A stretch of 63,840 nt of DNA, the filler included, from Phoronis australis (Eukaryota > Animalia > Phoronida): NCBI GenBank assembly GCA_002633005.1. It is 6 parts of 6 records of this genome, joined end to end, with 100 filler letters (N's around TTAATTAATTAA, not from the genome) between each part and the next. Parts side by side here need not be neighbours in the genome. Positions count along the whole stretch, not along the records: positions 49,667 to 57,388 come from NMRA01000660.1; positions 57,489 to 62,187 come from NMRA01002512.1; positions 62,288 to 63,840 come from NMRA01001915.1; 3 more parts are not named here. The stretch is one strand, 5' to 3'. Made by a program: the position numbers and the translations under genes. A model generated the notes under the pieces. The model saw only the letters and a program-made list of their open reading frames with translations. It was not told where the DNA came from and did no database searches. This document shows positions 50,165 through 63,725 of this stretch, piece by piece (positions within the stretch are counted from its first letter, which is position 1; every line of letters starts with the position of its first letter).

Positions 50165-50310
50165 AGGGTTGTGGGTCGTGGGTAAAGGGGTTCGTGGATC
50201 GTGGGTCGACGGGGTTCTGGGTCATCCGTCGAGGGGCTTGTGGATCGTGGGTCGAGAGGCTCGTGGGTCGAGGGGTTCGTGGGTAGAGGGGGTCGTGGGG
50301 TGTGGGATCG
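50165..50310. repeat. Degenerate G-rich (GGGTCGT-like) simple repeat
   Basis: Read directly from the sequence. Confidence 0.75.
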
Positions 50311-50629
50311 AAGTGGTTTCAGAACAATCCATCATAAAACAAAACAATAGTTTTAAAAGACATCGATGAATGCGGGTTAAACTGCACTCGTCATTAAAAC
50401 AATCTGAGCCATGTCTCAGAGACGTTGCAAATATCCCAAAATAGTTTTCCTTGTTTTTGCAATGAAACTCTAAGTAAGCCTGCGGGATTAATACTGAAAA
50501 AAATCGGCCATGAGTTTGAAACATGAGACGTCACCTATGATTCGAATAATGTACTATGGTAAATACTGATAAATGCAAGAGTTTAGGATAATATAGTTCC
50601 GTGGCCAGCAATGAGTGATGCTATCTTAC

Positions 50630-50776
50630 CTTGATCACATCCAATTCCTTTGAAGCCAGTGGCACACGAGCATCCGTACGGGTCTATAGTACATACTTGT
50701 CGGTATCTACACCCTGTGTCTACGTCATCAGAACAGTGGAAGGCACAGTCATATCCAAATCTGTTTGGACCACATG
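50630..50776 (-). CDS. Tie/TEK-like receptor ectodomain, EGF-like 2 exon
   Basis: ACGPNRFGYDCAFHC...GCRYRQVCTIDPYGCSCATGFKGIGCDQ, phase 1-1. DPYGCSCATG is a Tie signature. Not in the ORF track. Confidence 0.9.
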
Positions 50777-51094
50777 CTGAAACAAGAGGTGGGGTTGGGG
50801 AGCGAAAAAATCCAAACTCGCACGGGTTTTGCGCGTGATCAATGTAAATTTAGAAATACAAGGCAACGGATGCAAGCCTGAAGTATTTTTGTGACTATTA
50901 TGTTTTGTAGTCACTGAGTTTTATGGGCATGTAAAATATTGGTTTAACAATGTCCTCGCATGCTATGCTTCAGGGATGACGGAAAATGTCCAAACTGTAG
51001 GGAGCAGGTGTACTTACAAGTTTACTGTACTTAAACAATAACAATTTAATTAAGACTTACCTACTGTAATATCAAAGAATTGTTGGAAAATTAC

Positions 51095-51226
51095 CTTCAG
51101 AACAGTGCCTCCCCTTGAAACCCGAAGCACAGATGCATTCACCGGTTATATCATGACATACTCCGCCATTTGAACAGGTAAGACAGTTGTGCTCACATAG
51201 TCCTCCATACTTTCCGTCGGGGCAAA
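51095..51226 (-). CDS. Tie/TEK-like receptor, EGF-like 1 exon
   Basis: VCPDGKYGGLCEHNCLTCSNGGVCHDITGECICASGFKGRHCSE, phase 1-1. Confidence 0.92.
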
Positions 51227-52037
51227 CTGAAACCAAAACAGTACTACTTACGAATCGACTAGATGATCTCTGCAATGCCAATATGGCACAGGAGTCAAAC
51301 TTTAAAATGTCTACAGTTGCAGGGTTTTCCAAAATATACAGAGTGAGCCAGTGTCAAACAAGGGTTCATGAGACAAACTCCATTTCCCATTGTTAAAAGC
51401 TTCAATGCACCCGTTTCATCCAAGGAAGTTTAAAAAGATAACCAACCTTCACCATCAAACAGTTTCGTTCAAACTGGTTCAACTCGTATGTAAAACAAGT
51501 AACATAGGTTGTAATGTCTTCGATAGACTGGAACAACCTCTATTATCTATCAAGAATTATTTTGCTCTCAAGTGAATTAGTAGAAAGGAAAATTTAGATT
51601 TGTGAAAAATAACAGTCCTTTTAGTCAACAACAGTGGTAACAAAGAATATTCTTTTGTTTTATAAGTAAGTAATGCACGTTTGGTTCAACTTTGTGAGAC
51701 AGGAAATTTTTTCAACAATTTCTTTTCCGTTTTGATAGACAGGTGAGTGATAAAAAGAACTCAACTCATTATGTACAAATGTATTCCCTCTTGCGTAGTT
51801 CTTAGAATGCCATAGAGGCCTAACTACATGAAAAATGTTCTTGGCAAGGCACATCCAACCACTATTTGATGAAGTTAAAGTACTCCAAAATAATAACGAG
51901 ATGTCACAGGAACGTATGGAGACTATAGGATAATGTGCCATATGATTCACCATGAGCTTACTCCATACTAAAACATTTCACGCATTACATCAAAAAGTGT
52001 CCTGGCAGTAGGTGTGCATTAGCCTTTTTCCTCTTAC

Positions 52038-52280
52038 CTCGCACAATGAGTCTGAACACTCCTTTCGCCACTCGCGTGTTGCCTTGCTCAGTATACACCA
52101 TGTATATTCCACCGTGGCCCAACTCAACAGTGTTAATTGTGGGTGTCTGTTGTCCGTCCCAAATACTCGAACCAACAGTAAAAGATCCACCATCTTTCCT
52201 CCATTTTAGTCCACTCTCTGAACCTTTGTAATCAAATTTTACATTGACAGCTCCGACACTTGTCCGCTGTGTTAGGTAAT
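52038..52280 (-). CDS. Tie/TEK-like receptor, Ig2-like exon
   Basis: DYLTQRTSVG...LKWRKDG...GHGGIYMVY...GVFRLIVR, phase 1-1. RLIVR directly before EGF1 is as in Tie1/Tie2. Confidence 0.9.
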
Positions 52281-52386
52281 CTGCCAGGAGGAACAAAAAC
52301 ATCTGTATTTTAAGTTTTTAACATCATCAACAACTGTTCAAATAAAATCCTATTCTACATTGACCTCTGACAAAACACTCGACCTG

Positions 52387-52562
52387 GGGTCCGTTTCATG
52401 AAAGTAAATTAAGACTTAGATGTGAAGCAGAAAGTTGGGTCTGATACTCCCACTTCACGATTGAAGAATAAATATTTCGCCAAGTAAATATAAGCGCATC
52501 AGAGTGTATAACTTATTGAAATGATCTTTGTAGCTATCACGTATGTTTCATGAAAAAGACGC
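52387..52562. mobile_element. 176-bp Harbinger-like MITE with CTG TSD
   Basis: CTG|GGGTCCGTTTCATGAAA ... TTTCATGAAAAAGACGC|CTG. Confidence 0.65.
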
Positions 52563-52759
52563 CTGAGCTCTTACAGACGCTCGAACAGTACTCCGATATT
52601 CACACCGTTCAGTTACAATTAATTGACGCAATGGAAATCTTGATACAAATCCCAGTGCGCCTTTATTCGAAAAAAGACGCTAAATTCCTGATTAGGAACG
52701 ATGTGTTGCTAAACTGGCATTGAATTTATGTGCTAACGTGTACACAAAACGTATCTGTA

Positions 52760-52905
52760 GTGGCGTAAATGAAGTCATATCCCACGAGACATTTTTCGGC
52801 GTATCGACCTCGACTTTCGGTCTTGATCGATACGCAGAACAATGTCGAGTGGAATGTTACTTCATCTACTCCAATCGAGTTCCGTTTTGAATGTATACCA
52901 AACAC
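52760..52905 (+). repeat. Dispersed repeat, second copy at about 56103-56245
   Basis: Shared gtggcgta.atgaagt.atatcccacgagacatt...gcgtatcga...aatgt.gagtgg...ttacttcat. Confidence 0.7.
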
Positions 52906-53574
52906 TGTATTACATGTAAGTATAGTATTTAGGCGAGATAGGAACCATTATGTCCAGGCTTTTAACAGTTAAACAATGACTTACTTAAGCAAAACACAAT
53001 TTTGAGCAAATATACGAATAGTAAAGGAATCAAAAAAGCAAGAATAAAATCATCAATGTTTATGTAAGTATGTGTGTTCAACTTTATACATTGATGACAT
53101 ATGTAAAATTCTTGACACCCACTCATATTGTCGTATACTTTCGTGGCATAACTCCAAATATTCCACATGACACTTTTTGTTAAGGCATAAAATAGATATT
53201 TACAATCACGTGATACCAATGCCACGTTACCACTTGTTCCACGATCAAGGGTGGTGAAGGACATCAACAGTTATGGGCCATATACATAAAAAGATTTCGC
53301 GGTACGCGTCTTGCTGACGTGATTTCATTTTATGATCCCTGATGTGGGTTCCTTCTGGCGTGGTAAATGTTTTTGAGATACACAGTAAGTTTTTCAGGAA
53401 AACTAGTTGAGGTTTGCTCCATGGTAAGGAATCGATAACCTTCCCGTACTAAAGAAGATTACTGTTTTACGCATAGTTGTCCCACCGAATCATTGATCTG
53501 GACATGCTTGTTAAAGTTTTTAATAAAACTAGAAAAGTAAATCTTCTCATTACAGCCCTAACATGCATATTCAC

Positions 53575-53814
53575 CTTGTGCACAGTCTGGTACGTTGCAA
53601 TAGTCCCACCTCACATTAGAGGAACTAGTGTAACACCAGGGTTCTGTATCTGACCATGATTGTTTATTTCTACAATAGTTTTCCTTAAACCGTTCTCCAG
53701 TGATACCGTGCGTGCGTGGAGTTTGGGAATCCCATCGCTGGCAGATGATGCCATATCGTGTTTTATTAATGCGACCTCTGTAAGTACCTCCTTTCTTGTC
53801 CTCTTTGCAATCTC
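53575..53814 (-). CDS. Kringle-domain exon within the Tie-like gene
   Basis: DCKEDKKGGTYRG...CQRWDSQTP...ENYCRN...PWCYTSSSNVRWDYCNVPDC has six cysteines. Splice sites ttgcag| and G|gtgaat, phase 1-1. Confidence 0.92.
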
Positions 53815-55362
53815 CTGCAAATGAAGAGTAATACTGTGATCGCACTATGCACTGAACAGATAGTTTAGGCAAAAGAGGGGTTAGATAAGATTAGTTTTTA
53901 CAAAACGACAGATAAAAACAGAAAACGTGGACAAATATATTTCCAATAAACCTACATAGACTATGAGAAGTCACTGAGGCACGGAAGCTCAGCAAGTTAA
54001 AGTTTCGGCTATGGAAATTTTAAAGCTCCTATTTGAGAAAATGTCTAAGTGCTTGCCCGACTTTTTTCCGTGAAATTAAGTTGTACAAAAATGGGCCTTG
54101 TAGCAAGTCAAATCACCATCTTCTTTAAGAAGACTTCGAAAGATGATATGAAAACATTGTCGATAAAACTACAAGCCCACCTTATTTAGATATCACAAAA
54201 TGTGTTAAACATATCACAAGGCTGAAAAAGATGTGTGCCGTTACCGACCTTAGTATGCAAAAAATAAATATAAAAATGCAGAGTACAAAGGTTTTATAAA
54301 ATCCAAACATTCTCTGCGTCCGTTTGCATTTTACATCACTGCTGGTGAAAAGAGAATCGATGGAATCTTTGTACTTTTGTAAAAGTGTGAACCTTCTACG
54401 TCATCTGTTTTGTTTTTTATTTAAATACAAGATACGTGTACTAAGTCCTGCCATTTGCCCTGGTCTACTCAACCGAACGAGAACCGAAAGCCGGAAACTC
54501 CAATGCCGACAGAACAATTGTCTACGCAAGAAACCGAAATTTAGTGTGTTGTGAACTTGTTTCGTTGAGTTCATAGTTACTGGTTGAGTATAAGTAGGCA
54601 TTCTGTACATGCATAAAGTTCCTGTGCATCCACATCACCGTTTGATCAACGTTTAACGGATTCTTCCTGACTCTGCTATGTTCACTCCAAACGTGTGTGC
54701 AACTTTACACGGCGTTTTCCCGATCATTGAACAACCCAAGGTGTTCTAAACAATGAACAAGAGTCAGTCACTCAACCATGTTTTTGGCCAAAAAATGAAA
54801 CGAAAAACGTTATCAACACCACCCACATTTAGCACCTAGCCAGCATTAACACTAAACGCACGCATGGGGTGTCTACATGTAGTAAATGGTCAATAAACAA
54901 AATTCATATTACTATGATTAATGTTCAAGTAGTACATCTCAATAGAAATTGGTGTTAATGTGAAGCTTTAGCAATTCCTCAAATCTAGTTGAGTAAACAC
55001 AATTGCTAAGATTGCAATTTCTTGTGTTTGTCCGAGTAGTACTTGACTTGCCTCCATTTAACCGATATCCTAGATTTGACGCCACAATTCCACCGTTCTT
55101 CGTTGAAAGAGTGTTCTTCGCACTATTACTAAATTTTGTCGCATTATTCTTTGATCAAATAGAATGCATTTTTCAAAATTTAATACGGACTACGTTCTTA
55201 GTAGTGTAATATATTTACAGAAGCTGCTGTTGATGTTCAGTAGTAGCAGTTATGTGCTGTAAATCTAAGTATATGACATAGTTCACGACATATCCATCTT
55301 TGCAAGAAATTAGGATGGTCAGGTGACAACAGATATGATGGATCTGCTTCCAGACTACCCAC

Positions 55363-55650
55363 CTGTTGAAAATGTAACGCCAGGAACGATCACCCACGAG
55401 TAGAGATTTTTCTTGTTGACTGTAAAGTAGTAAGCGGCAAACTTGTCCTCTAGTGTGAATCGGGAATAAGCATTAGGTCCTGTGCCTACGTTTCCTTTTG
55501 ATGCAGGCGCCGAAGAAGCACCACTCGACCCTATATTCACGTGCACTCCGCTCTCTATGGCGTCTGTGCCGATGTGAACGTTACTTCCACCATACACTCT
55601 GACGTCACCATCAGATAAAGACACCAGGACGCTGATGTTGTATAGCGGTT
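55363..55650 (-). CDS. Tie-like receptor, probable divergent Ig1 exon
   Basis: Splice sites ttttacag|AACCG and ACAG|gtgggt. 288 nt open, phase 1-1, beta-strand-like pattern ending KFAAYYFTV...VIVPGVTFST. Confidence 0.65.
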
Positions 55651-55954
55651 CTGTAAAAACAAACAAATAAACAACACAAGAACAACGCTATGTGTTGCCG
55701 ACCTCCGCAGCCAGGAGGGAGGGGGACGTGCAAAGTGGCCCGGCCCTAAATCAGCCTATGAGGTGTAGGTTTGAAATGTACTGTGGATAGATCAATAGGT
55801 TGAACTGCATGATTCTCCACTGTTGTTTTAAAATAAATCTGTTTCTTCAGAAAGTGAAAAATAGTGACCCTCATACACCCAGTCTGTTTTGCCGTAAACA
55901 GAAGACAGTGGTACATGTACATGTACATATTCTTACGGTTGTTATGATACTAAA

Positions 55955-56040
55955 TAAGGTGGACAATATTGAATGTAATTTTCATCATGACCAAGAGACC
56001 ACTGAACATCTGTTCCATAGTTGTAATCCTTGCAGATGAA
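55955..56040 (+). mobile_element. Tiny L1/Tx1-like zf-RVT remnant
   Basis: DNIECNFHHDQETTEHLFHSC resembles CxFC...ETxEHLFxxC. Confidence 0.4.
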
Positions 56041-57388
56041 AAAACCCGGTACAACTGGATTGAAAAGCGAGACTTCGAATAAATACAGAAAGCGTACCAA
56101 GAGTGGCGTATATGAAGTGATATCCCACGAGACATTATTACGCGTATCGAACGAGACCAAAGGTCGAAGTCAATACTCGGAATAATGTAGAGTGGTATAT
56201 TACTTCATGTACGTCAATCCAGGTATTATTTGTATTTAGGCCTATCACATACGCTTCAAATTCATAAGTTTCTTTCCCTTTTTTGATAGATTTTTTTAAA
56301 TACTTCACTCAGACTATTAATGAGGCGGATCACATCCTGTACTGTATGTATTTACTTGTGCGTTAGGTTGCAAGTTTTTTCTAGTAAAAGATACAGTTTT
56401 AAATATAACGATTTATTACTTGACAAGAGATAACACAGATGAAAACAACGGTAACTGTGCATTGAACTTGTAACATCTCCTTAAAACAGTTAAATAACAA
56501 CAGTTGATATTGTACATGTAGTTACCGAGGAATCGGCGCCTGAGTTGCAGACGATATATTATTTAGCAAATGAAAACTGAGACAGAACTGTCATATAATT
56601 AACAGTCCTGTTCCAGACGTTACGATTGAGACCTGATTGTATGTTATGTGTTGTTTACGCTACTGTAATGTATTACTTTAGACTATTTTCGGAAAGTTTG
56701 ATGTTGGAACCTGCGAACAACGTCGAGTCGACATTGATCTACATTCCATGTCAGAGTTGTGCGGAAGGTGAATAATTATTACATGACCGTATAGCACTCG
56801 ACTGATTCAACGCGGATGGGATAAAATGCAGGATATCTGAGTCTATGCCAAAATTACAAGGGTGCCATGTTCGCTGCAACACACCGTGAAAAACGGGAAT
56901 TGCCTGTGCCTAAAAAAAGAATGAAGCGTCTCGTTTTTTACCGCCTGCCTTCAACCATTGAATTAGTGGTGTTACACAACCGATGTGATCTCGTGTAAAG
57001 AAGACACAGTAAAACTAGGTTTTTTATTTGACCCTGTGCCTAGACGAATATGGATCTGCACGGAAAGCAGTATCAGCCTGACAACCTATTACGCCATTTA
57101 CTACGTAAGCCAACACTGCATGTATAATCTTTCTCATATGGAGTACATTTGCCTGCGCGAAAGTAGTTCACTTCTATCCTTTGCTCGGTAGACGGCGCTT
57201 TTGTAAACGTGGTGGCTCGCGATTTCTGTGCAGTAGGCATATCGCGTTTCTTAATCAATGTAAATGATACTGAAAAACTGTTGTAAATGCCGACTAAGAT
57301 TAATCTCCGAACCGGGAATCTAACCGGGGTCAGTCACGTACGCCTCTGCGGTTGTATTTGCATGAAGAGTGAGTTAAAAGGGGTCTGA

Positions 57389-57488
57389 NNNNNNNNNNNN
57401 NNNNNNNNNNNNNNNNNNNNNNNNNNNNNNNNTTAATTAATTAANNNNNNNNNNNNNNNNNNNNNNNNNNNNNNNNNNNNNNNNNNNN
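57389..57488. other. Artificial scaffold spacer
   Basis: 44N-TTAATTAATTAA-44N. Confidence 0.97.
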
Positions 57489-60309
57489 GCTATCTTAGTA
57501 GTCAGATACGCTCCATCCTCTCGTGCACCTATATATCAGTGATAACTACTGAGCAATCGTACTCGTTACAGCCTCCAGTGGCAATTGGCTTTCTGGAATT
57601 AACTTCTTGTCTATGTCGACTTCGGTATTTGGACGGGCACGTGATTCCACTGGCTGGACAGTTGTCGTCACTTTACCTTAAAAAAGCTTAAAAAAGGCAT
57701 CAAGAGCTGTTTGTACACAAAGAATTATTCTAAGTCTCATATAAGCATTATAATACATACTGTGTAGGATGAGGTTGTACAACACCAACGTAGTTTACAC
57801 GGGGAAGTTAGCAAACGGAGAATTTGACTTTATTGGTCAATTATCAACGTGGGATTAAAATTGACTAGATATTAGGGATAAGGATTGCGTTTTGTCTTTT
57901 TGTAGGGTGTCGCCAAAGTTTTGTTGCTAAATTACTCGAGTAAATATCTATGACCAGTAATGAACCAAAATAGACTGTAGTCGTCAAGTATCTTGCTACA
58001 AATCGTGTGACGATTTTAGTACGCGCACTTCGTTGATCATTTTTACGGCTAGCGAGAGATTTCATTTGGAAGAGGGATTGTTGGATAGCCCTCATCCTGA
58101 GCAGCGCTACAAAAGCTCTCTGCCACAGAGTCACGTGAACGTCACGCAGAAGTTAGTGTGTGGACGCCAATGCACATGCCTAATGAATGTATAGGCCTAT
58201 TGGTGGGGCTTTCATCGCGTACATACTGGTTCAAGAATGTACCGAAACAGTACAGGCAATCTTTTTGCAGGTTTGTTTGACGCTTTATAAGAGGTGCATT
58301 TGAAAACATGAGTTTTGAAGAACGCGTTGATTTTGTTTGTTTTTGAGCTTGATGCAAAAGCCATGTCTAAACATCAACCAACCGGTGTACTGATGTTTTT
58401 CTAACCATTCCGAATGTCCGAATGTTACCTCGTACAGTATAGCTAGCCAATTAGAAGCTTTGTTACGTCATCAATCCACAGCAGCACTGGCAAAACGGCA
58501 TGCCGCCAATAAACTCAACGATCTGCAGATATATCGTTTTATAGTTCAAAGATCCAGATGTTCAGTTGATCAAAAATAGGAGCAAACAGACGGTGTCTAT
58601 CCAAAATCAACTGCCAGCTTGTTGAGCAGACTTAGGCCCGCGTGGCGCTCCCCTCAACACATCATCTGTATTTATCCCCGTTGATATCAGTCGGGTAAAG
58701 GCAACACCGTGATAAGTTTGCTCTCTACGCATGTCTGATACAAAACGTGTATAATTCACTGTTCAATAGACCTGTATTCGTATTATACTACATGTACATG
58801 GAGGATAGTTAGAAAATTATACTGTGTTCAGAAAGTAAAAGAAGAAAAATGTGTTCATTCTATATGAACGTCAGAGTGTCGTCATCTTCCCAAAAACGCA
58901 GCAAGAAATTTCAGGTTAAGCAAAGTCGAGTAAACTGGAGCCTGGGACGACGCTAAAAAATTTACCCTACATGTATGGCAAATCTGTAGTTTGGGATGCG
59001 CACTTGCGAATCTTTGTTTCTCGCGAAAAGGACCCCTACTTGTTGTTAATTACCATGTCGCATACATCTCCTTCCAAAAATGATTTTCCATTAAAACGCA
59101 TAAATGTAGTTACATGTATATCTCCGTGGGGTCTCCTGAATCAACCAACACAACTAGAAGTGACAAAGTTAATGGCCTAAATCATTATTCAAATGCAAGC
59201 CAATAATGTATTCACTCTCCATATTGTCTCGGTATATACGTGGATGGTTAAGACAGGCTTGGCTTTGAAGTTTTGATTGAGTTTGTGTGTCTGTATTGCA
59301 TTTCAGTTACACAACGATCCTAAACAATCGTGGCTTTTACTTGAAGGAATAAGTAATTTAGCTGGACATCTGCAGAGTTGCTCTTTGTTGTTGAAGTGAT
59401 TCGGTTCTGTGACGTTGCAGGCCCGTCTTTCTTTCATTGAAAAGTTACTTTCTCTCGGTTCGTAATTAAAGCAATCACTGTCAAAACAACGAACAAAGTA
59501 ATGAATTCATATGAAAACCGTGAACCTGTTCTATGAAAAACTGACTTGGCTGATGCAAATTTCAACCAATTTAAAGATAAAAATAAAATTTGTCTCAAGT
59601 CCGTTGCAAGTAAGAGATCTTAATTATGACTTAAGTTTTCCATTAAGTTTTGTATTAGTTTTGACTAACTTAACGGATGTAGAATTTCCAAAATTTGCAA
59701 TTTGAGATCAATCTTAGACTTCAGTCAAGGATGAAATTAAGCCAGAGTTTCTTGGAACGTGTCCCTTAAGCAGGAAAATTTTGACAAGCCACACCGTTGT
59801 GCTTGTCACAAGCAACATTTTGGGTGATGCACTATCAAAACCTTACGTTTAGTTTCCTCCAAGAGTTTCCTGACTAACTGTTCACCCTAAACATAATTAA
59901 AAGGAAAGCATCTTTTAAATGATCATTGTCATCTTAAACTTGATTGTTCCGTGGGAATTTACGTACACACGGATTAAGTAATCAAATCGAATTATTAAGT
60001 ATGTTGTAGGTGATCTGACTAGAAACAGGAACCAGTTTCATTCGCAAGCATGGTTTTAACAAGGGAGACTGCAGTGAAACTGATTTGAATACTGAAGCTC
60101 TTTAACTTGGCTTTTGGAAGTGGTTGTTAATTCAGGATATCATCTCTTGTTAATTTCACCGCACTTGTCAATTTCACTACTGGACTTAAGACCAATTGAC
60201 TCAACAAGTCATAAAACGAAGGGCAGGGATAATTGAATGTGTGTGTCGTGTTTTCAGTCGAGTGTTTTAAACAGGGAGAGCAGTCAAAGGAAGCTGTCTG
60301 CTGAGCAGA

Positions 60310-60375
60310 GTGTTACTTAGTGGTATAGGCGTGCGCTCCAAGGTCGTGGGTACGAGTCCCTGCGGTAGACTGGTG
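60310..60375 (+). mobile_element. Degenerate tRNA-derived SINE head
   Basis: ...cttagtggtataggcg...aggtcgtgggtacgagtccc, A-box- and B-box-like. Confidence 0.4.
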
Positions 60376-62187
60376 GGTAACGTGTGTCACGGCTACGTGC
60401 GTCTTCTTTCTACTGTTTTGAGCTCCAACTTGACACGGTACTTGAGCTGTCGTTTTCAAAAATTATAAGACAGACTTCGAAAAGATCAGACAGACTTCCA
60501 AATAAATTTACATATATCCGAACCTGCCATTCTTTGATGGATATCTTGTCAGGATTATTTTGCAGTTTAGTTGAACATTTGTTGCAATAAACTAGCTTTT
60601 TAGAACTTGTAACGTAATTAAATGTGAAGTTATTACAACTAGATGCTATTTTTGATACGCACGTGTTACATATAAAATGCACACGCCATTTTCACTGGAA
60701 CCGTATATCGTCAAATAATCAATTATCGTATTGTAAGACACAACATCTTTTTATATTGATTCACATTTTTATAAAGTTTTTCTGGTCCAAGTTCTTATTT
60801 TAAAGCCCATTTATAATGATACAATGTTCGAGAATTTCGTTTTTCGACTCAAGGTTATTTGTAATCTAACTTGCCTGTGCAGATATGGCGTTTTCCTAGG
60901 CAAGTAATGGGATTTATCAAATGTCCGACTTCCACTCTCACTATAGCAACATGTCAAGCTTAATCTAAGAGCAGACCTTGTTTCTGACGTTACCCAATCG
61001 TTCACTGACTTCCAAATTAACTCCGCGCTCTCAGAAACCATAACAAAGAATCTCGGAGTTATCTCCAGCAAGTGTAGATATCGTTAAATGTGTCTTTCAT
61101 ACAGTATACATGTATAGGAGGCAGTTTGCATAATGTATAGGATTCTGTGGCTAAGTCTTGAAGCTGGTCGAGATTGTTGTCAATGGTTAATCCGTCGACA
61201 CTTCCCCTCGAGTTGCTTGAAACTGTTTTATGTTAGACATTCTTCTCACTTAACTGTGTTTAAACAATTAACAAAAGTATTGCTCGAATTATTCTTGTTT
61301 TTGTACGTATAAAGCAAGGTGGTTATAGATGTGTCGTATGGAAGAATAGTTTTGGAGGAATCCACATTTATAAGTACATGTACATTGTAGATTGCAGACA
61401 GCACATGTCACACCCAGGAATGCAGTGAGTTGTGGAGATAATCCATGATCTTAACAAAAGTACTTGTAAGACTATATTTTAGAGCTGAACCCTAGTCGAA
61501 ATTTTGTAGAAAGTTATGCTGAAGTGAAACGGATTTCAGCCATAAAAACAAATGAATATTTGGTGGAAGTTTACTTTGTCGAAACTTTCGTCGTGTTTTG
61601 ACGCTAATCACTTTATCTTGAAAAAAATTGTATCTCAGAAAATTGATTTAATTTGTTTTTTTAAGATATTCATGACAATACACGGTATGACCACATACTA
61701 TATTTTAGAAAGCACTGAGCACAGTTAAATGGCGTCTCATTTGGAAAATAACAATCGAACACCACTAGTGTATGGTGCATGCTTATATGCTTATTACATA
61801 CACATGTACGCGCAAAGCCCCAAAATTGCTTAAGTAGAAAGCACCATTACAACAACACCTAAGCTTGTTTTATTGCAATGAAAATTTCATTTCATTTTTT
61901 TCGATTTGTACGTTAACCAATGTTCCACAAACAGCATGAGCATTTCACTTACATGTACAAACATCGTGACATGGGTAATTTACTTCTTTAAACCTACGGC
62001 CAGTATCCAGCGGTTGACCCGCTTATAACTCTGTGTGGCTGTCACCACCTCTTCACATGCTAAGTGTGCGTGGATGGCGAACATTTCCATCAACACCATT
62101 ATTTGAATAACATCAGGAAGAGATAACCAGGAAGGGACAACTAGCTAAACCGCCGTTTTTGGCCTCCTTCCCCGGACTAATTTTAGG

Positions 62188-62287
62188 NNNNNNNNNNNNN
62201 NNNNNNNNNNNNNNNNNNNNNNNNNNNNNNNTTAATTAATTAANNNNNNNNNNNNNNNNNNNNNNNNNNNNNNNNNNNNNNNNNNNN
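62188..62287. other. Artificial scaffold spacer
   Basis: 44N-TTAATTAATTAA-44N. Confidence 0.97.
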
Positions 62288-62512
62288 GGGGGCACACCGG
62301 TAGTCGGATCCGTCCGAAAGTTCGCACATGCCGTCCCATTCATGAATGGAACATATGTGCCAAATTTCATGAACGTATGTCAAAGGGTTTTGGAGATAGA
62401 GCAGCGGACGCCGGACATCGGACGGACGCCGCCCGGACGGACGGACGGACGGACGGACGGACAGAGATGACGGCATAATGCGTCCACATATAAATATGTG
62501 GGCGCATAAAAA
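62288..62512 (-). mobile_element. 5' end of a Helentron-associated (HINE/DINE-1-like) element
   Basis: Minus strand: T-run, short inverted repeat ATGCGCCCACATA...TATGTGGACGCAT, (GTCC)n microsatellite, then a tgaaatttggca core. Confidence 0.7.
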
Positions 62513-62868
62513 TGCAACACTTGACAACAGGAATTGCTCAGCAAAGGAGAGGATGTATTTCGATTATGCCTCTTTACAGTCTCCATGTACCAACACTCAA
62601 TGCCACCTGGCGCTCTGTCAAAAAAATCAATTTCCAGCCACAATCCTTTAAATGCATAAAATGAGCTCATCATTTCCAACTTATTGAATCGAATGTGTTG
62701 ACAGCAAAACATTTTTAGAAAGAATCAAAATTAACATGAACTGAATATTAATAAAATTAAATACTAACGTTACTTTGCACATAATTTTATGTCTAAACCA
62801 CAAACAAGTACTGTAATCATGCTGTGTTTACAGGCCATACCAGATGGTTACTGGCAGTGATAACATTA

Positions 62869-63228
<360 letters not shown>

Positions 63229-63494
63229 TTAAAAAGACAGAGCAGCATTGGCTGTGAGTCTGACTGCAGTGGCTATTAACATAAGGCATGAGCTAATACA
63301 GTATGAGGCCAACATGAACTTTGAGTCACGTCACAAGTACATAGACCCAGCATAGAACGTCAGGTGGGGATAGTGCACACACACACACACCCACCAGCAC
63401 AAGGAAATGTGAGGTAACAAAACCTGCAGCAGTTAGTTGATAGCTAGTCCCATCAAGAATCGTACCCAGGTCTGCCAGGGCCATGCCAAATTAC

Positions 63495-63725
63495 CTCATC
63501 ACGCCTGTTTGCACAATACTCTATCCACTGATGGTAAACCCTACAGAAGCTACTACGTGTGATGCCTGATGTGCGAAGGTCGTAGTCTTCGTCCACGTTA
63601 GAGCTGAATGTGGGGTCAAGATCAGTGTAGTTCTTCTCAACTGTTGGCGATAAGGCCTCTTGTATGGTATCGTTGGAGAGCCAGCTCTCCAGGTGCGGAG
63701 ATCGCACAGTATAGTAGATGATACT
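63495..63725 (-). CDS. PCNX: Pecanex-like protein, internal exon
   Basis: SIIYYTVRSPHLESWL...DLDPTFSSNVDEDYD...SFCRVYHQWIEYC, phase 0-0. Confidence 0.95.

Noticed and set aside
54390-54745. Possible extra (WSC-like) exon in the Tie-like gene
   Set aside because: Early stop after HLGLFNDRENAV and no convincing cysteine pattern.
57489-62187. Short ORFs in scaffold 5
   Set aside because: No recognisable domains or phase-consistent exon chain; treated as intergenic or intronic DNA with decayed repeats.
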